From IMG/VR virus record IMGVR_UViG_3300009785_002875: a DNA stretch of 64,000 nucleotides, one strand, 5' to 3'. This document shows, one piece after another, positions 60,769 to 64,000 of the stretch. The stretch's first letter is position 1. Every line of letters starts with the position of its first letter. The DNA comes from an uncultured virus (IMG/VR IMGVR_UViG_3300009785_002875). Taxonomy: Duplodnaviria; Heunggongvirae; Uroviricota; Caudoviricetes. Position numbers and translations under genes: made by a program. A model generated the notes under the pieces. The model was not told the origin of the DNA and made no database searches. It saw nothing but the letters and a program-made list of their open reading frames with translations.

Positions 60769-60785
60769 ATATGTATTATAAATAT

Positions 60786-60816
60786 TTTGTTATTTCAATT
60801 AAATTGTATATATTTG
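60786..60816 (+). promoter_or_regulatory. Bacteroidota housekeeping-type promoter
   Basis: TTTG (60786-89), N19, TATATTTG (60809-16). Confidence 0.6.
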
Positions 60817-60839
60817 TTTATATAAAAAATAATATAATT

Positions 60840-61043
60840 ATGCCAAAATCAAGACACAGAAAAAACCATAAGAAAAAAGTTGTTTCATACAAAAAACGTA
60901 CAATAGAAACGATTAAGTCTACGAACAATCAAATTAAAAAAATCCAAGAGGATTTAATGCAGAAGTGGAAGGATAAGGAAATGGAAAAAACGGGAGTAAC
61001 CGACAAAAACCAGTTAAATACATCCAATCCCGAAACTTTATAG
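60840..61043 (+). CDS. Small basic protein
   Basis: Likely start MPKSRHRKNHKKK, downstream of the promoter. Confidence 0.6.
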   Translation: MPKSRHRKNHKKKVVSYKKRTIETIKSTNNQIKKIQEDLMQKWKDKEMEKTGVTDKNQLNTSNPETL

Positions 61044-61056
61044 GTATTTAATATAT

Positions 61057-61472
61057 GGGGGTGACTGGATTTGATTGGCATCAGTCGATTAGTGTCAGCA
61101 CGTAGAGCCTGAGTTAAGCTCGTAAAATCTGATTCATTTTTTTAACTGGCAGAACAATTGCTAAGTTGGCAACTTTAGGGCTTGTCCTTGAAACGTCAAC
61201 AGTAGCGGTATCATAACTAAGTTATGATATAGCTCCACCTCTTCTAGAGAATTTAAGATTTGTGTCTTTAGTTTTTGGGGTGTCAAATAGACAAATCGAA
61301 CCCGGTAAAAAACGGTTCCGCCGGACAAAGACTTTAATGGAACAGTTGCGATGGTCCCAAAGGTTGTTTATTCTATAGGGTTCGTCAAAGACAAAGGAAT
61401 AAACTAAACGTGTAGGATAGACATTAATAGAAGATGAGCAAGACGGGGGTTCGATACCCCCCACCTCCACCA
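61057..61472 (+). ncRNA. ssrA: tmRNA
   Basis: Acceptor stem GGGGGTG/CACCTCC with G3-U, ACCA end, T-arm GGGGG-TTCGATA-CCCCC, GGATTTGA near the 5' end, tag frame 61148-61216. Confidence 0.95.
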
Positions 61473-61475
61473 AAT

Positions 61476-61505
61476 AAAAAAAGGACCAATTAAGGTCCTT
61501 TTTTT
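61476..61505. terminator. Bidirectional intrinsic terminator
   Basis: AAAAAGGACC-AATTAA-GGTCCTTTTT. Confidence 0.85.
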
Positions 61506-61510
61506 ATTAG

Positions 61511-62545
61511 TTATAACCAAGTTATGTCATCATACTTACCCACATTATCTTTATTGTCGTTATTATTATCTTTATTGTCGTTATTATTATCTTTATTGTC
61601 GGTGTTGGTTTGTGTAGTTTCTACTTCACTACTGTTGTTGTTCCCGTATAACCTAGTTATCGATGGGTGATTTAAATTTACAATTTGTAAATTTTCATTT
61701 CTATATTTAGAGTTTTCTGGTAGACATTTAAATTTAACAGCAAAAGCTTTATAATTGCCCATTACTGGTCCTTTTTTTCGACCATCATCAAACCACTCAT
61801 CAGAAAGACTATAAGGTACGTTATAATAATGAACACACCCAGTATAAGTGTTAGTTTTTTTATTAGATGGGTCCAACCCCAATTCTACAGCCACTAAATC
61901 CTCAAATTTTCTATGTAAAACATCTTTTAGGTCACCACTGGGTAGTTGGAATACCACCAGACCTTCTTTACTTTTTAAATTTGCCAGTTCAGCTTCATCT
62001 GGTGGGTACCATAAATTAGAAGACAGTTCACAGAGTTTTTCCATCCAATCCTCTAATAGAGCGTCTTTTGTCCCGTCACCAACATATAATTCTTGGCATG
62101 TTCTTTTACCACCATCAACGTCTGATTTTATTATACCTAATAACCTATATATTCTACATATGTTTGGTACGTCTTGTATTGTTTGGTTGTTTCCATTTGT
62201 TAATATAGTCTCAACCACATCCTTAACTGTTTTTCCATTATCAGGACTACTTGTTCTATAAATTGTTAACGTATCCCAAGGATACTCATCGAAACAACCG
62301 GTATCTACATCTTCAACACCCGTACCATCCCATTTATAGTTCTCATTTGGCATTAGTTTTTTCAGTGGTTGCTGTTGGGCATCCACATAATTATTTTCTT
62401 CTGATGAGTTTTTAAAATCAACACCCCCTAACTTACACGGACAAGTTTTTGATGTTTGTTCTAGTAGTACCTTGGCCAAACCAAAGGTGTTTCCGTCTAT
62501 CGTAAACCGTTCTATTAATTCTTTAATTCTGTTATTCTTCATCAT
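61511..62545 (-). CDS. Hypothetical Cys-containing protein
   Basis: N-terminal RIKELIE...LLEQ motif. Confidence 0.6.
   Translation of the reverse strand: MMKNNRIKELIERFTIDGNTFGLAKVLLEQTSKTCPCKLGGVDFKNSSEENNYVDAQQQPLKKLMPNENYKWDGTGVEDVDTGCFDEYPWDTLTIYRTSSPDNGKTVKDVVETILTNGNNQTIQDVPNICRIYRLLGIIKSDVDGGKRTCQELYVGDGTKDALLEDWMEKLCELSSNLWYPPDEAELANLKSKEGLVVFQLPSGDLKDVLHRKFEDLVAVELGLDPSNKKTNTYTGCVHYYNVPYSLSDEWFDDGRKKGPVMGNYKAFAVKFKCLPENSKYRNENLQIVNLNHPSITRLYGNNNSSEVETTQTNTDNKDNNNDNKDNNNDNKDNVGKYDDITWL
61544..61601. repeat. 21-nt in-frame tandem repeat (~2.8 copies, DNKDNNN)
   Basis: ATTATCTTTATTGTCGTTATT repeated. Confidence 0.85.
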
Positions 62546-63998
62546 TATTTTTTAAAGCGTTTATGTTCTGATTGACAATTTTCTTAAACTCAGTACCATC
62601 AAACTCCAGAGTATGTCTCGCTAATTCACCTGTACACATTGGCCACCCATCTTCATCCTCACCTGTAGCCACCTCAAAACACGCTTCCCCTAAAGCGGTT
62701 TTGTGTATAGAGTTTTGCACACCAACTGGTATCCCTTTTAATTTATCTACCCAAGCAGTAGCCTTACAACCTACTCCAGTATTTTCTTCACCACAGTAGT
62801 CGACCAGAAGTTGGTAATATACAATGGATATAGTTTGTCCTGGTACCATCGTTGAACACCACTTTTGGTAACTATTACCTTCACCAGTTTCCATCATTGT
62901 TGGGTATTCGGGTAGAGAACTAAATACCCTACTCTGCACTTCTTCATCAGTTAATTTAGTTTTAGAATCAGCACCCACAGTTATATTCAAACTCTTTATT
63001 TGGTCAAATACGAATGATATGTTTTCATCATCAAGAAAATCTTTAATCATTGTGTTTATACCTCCTTTGGCATATTTTATTGACATAGCCTCGGCCATAT
63101 CTTTTAATAAGTTGTTACCAGTACCAGCTAAATTATAATAGTCTGTAAATTGTGAAGCTTGTAGTATTGATTTTATGTCACCATCTACATCATAGAACCC
63201 AGCTGTGGCTATTGGGTCATTATCAAAATTATCCAACTGAAGTTTCATTTTAGTATAAATTTCTTTTAATTCGTCTGTATTTAATAATTGTTTGTTTTGT
63301 TCGATAGGAGGCCAGTCTCTTGTCATTTCCATCCAATAAGAAGTCTTAAAAGCATTTGTAACTAATTCAGCATCAGTACCTTCACCGACACCATCTAACA
63401 AGTTTAAGTTTTTATCACTAAAAAAACTAAATATACTTTCTACAGCATATGAAGCAGTTAAAACAGTAAAGAATAATTTTGCTAATTTATACGTTCTTGT
63501 CTTAAAAGACGCCCAAGCTGCGGGTTTACTGGATAGTTTTTTCGCGGCTAATTCAGCTTTGTTAGCTAAAGTTTTAATTTGTTTTTTAACACTTCTGTTG
63601 ACGTTTTTTACTAGAAGTGTATGCCCGGGTAACTTTAAGTCCTTGAACTTTACATCAAAAAGAAACTCTGAAATATCGTCTACTGAATCTTTATTTAATG
63701 ATATTTCCACTTCGTCAATCAAATCGGACATTATATTTTTATCACCTATTATTTTCTTTGCATTTTTTGGCACATCTTCAACATCAGAATAAAATATTTT
63801 CATAAGTGCCCTTTTATAATCTGAAGAAGTATTACCAACTATCATATCATCCATAAAATCGTTTAATGAGTTAAACCCTGTATTAAAAGAATCCCAACTA
63901 TTACCATTAACCAATTCTTCAAATTCTAACATCCTTGGTGATATCGATTCTCCCATCTCGTCTAAGAGATTACTAATTCTAAGTTTTTCAACACCAGC
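62532..63998 (-). CDS. Hypothetical protein with one TM-like segment, 5'-truncated by window end
   Basis: Frame stays open upstream of 63956 to the window edge. Confidence 0.6.
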   Translation of the reverse strand, partial: AGVEKLRISNLLDEMGESISPRMLEFEELVNGNSWDSFNTGFNSLNDFMDDMIVGNTSSDYKRALMKIFYSDVEDVPKNAKKIIGDKNIMSDLIDEVEISLNKDSVDDISEFLFDVKFKDLKLPGHTLLVKNVNRSVKKQIKTLANKAELAAKKLSSKPAAWASFKTRTYKLAKLFFTVLTASYAVESIFSFFSDKNLNLLDGVGEGTDAELVTNAFKTSYWMEMTRDWPPIEQNKQLLNTDELKEIYTKMKLQLDNFDNDPIATAGFYDVDGDIKSILQASQFTDYYNLAGTGNNLLKDMAEAMSIKYAKGGINTMIKDFLDDENISFVFDQIKSLNITVGADSKTKLTDEEVQSRVFSSLPEYPTMMETGEGNSYQKWCSTMVPGQTISIVYYQLLVDYCGEENTGVGCKATAWVDKLKGIPVGVQNSIHKTALGEACFEVATGEDEDGWPMCTGELARHTLEFDGTEFKKIVNQNINALKNNDEE

Positions 63999-64000
63999 AT

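Noticed and set aside
61222..61473. 83-aa minus-strand ORF (MVEVGGIEPP...)
   Set aside because: Antisense shadow of the tmRNA 3' end.
1..64000. Stop-codon reassignment as in some jumbo phages
   Set aside because: Conserved genes are intact and tile the window in the standard code; TAA, TAG and TGA all end genes.

Overview
AT-rich, densely coded 64-kb segment of a T4-like jumbo phage, read in the standard genetic code. The host is probably Bacteroidota, inferred from TTTG-N18-20-TAnnTTTG promoters, a Bacteroidota-type tmRNA resume context, a DUF4494-like gene and the DnaK C-terminus. The window holds the start of a family-B DNA polymerase, tail/baseplate-like genes, a gp55-like late sigma factor and a ~14-kb glycosyltransferase/sugar-modification cluster with PhoH. 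It also holds dUTPase, an exonuclease, the head module (major capsid, scaffold, prohead protease, portal, large terminase), DnaK, an N-domain-less ClpC, a deoxyribosyltransferase-like/DeoC pair, a peptidase and a tmRNA. Five features stand out. (1) A shared basic amphipathic '(L/I)xx(L/I)(I/R)K...(L/I)xE' tag on many unrelated late proteins, including enzymes and Cys-rich polyproteins, suggests a head-loading and protease-release system. (2) A pervasive [S/T]-[G/A]-x-[S/T] motif in exterior virion proteins, next to the glycan cluster, suggests virion glycosylation. (3) A TATTTATW late promoter is often 4 nt from the ATG. (4) The tmRNA has a long, non-canonical tag. (5) A CDGSH Fe-S gene is missing from the ORF track. 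All calls come from reading motifs by eye; no database search was run.
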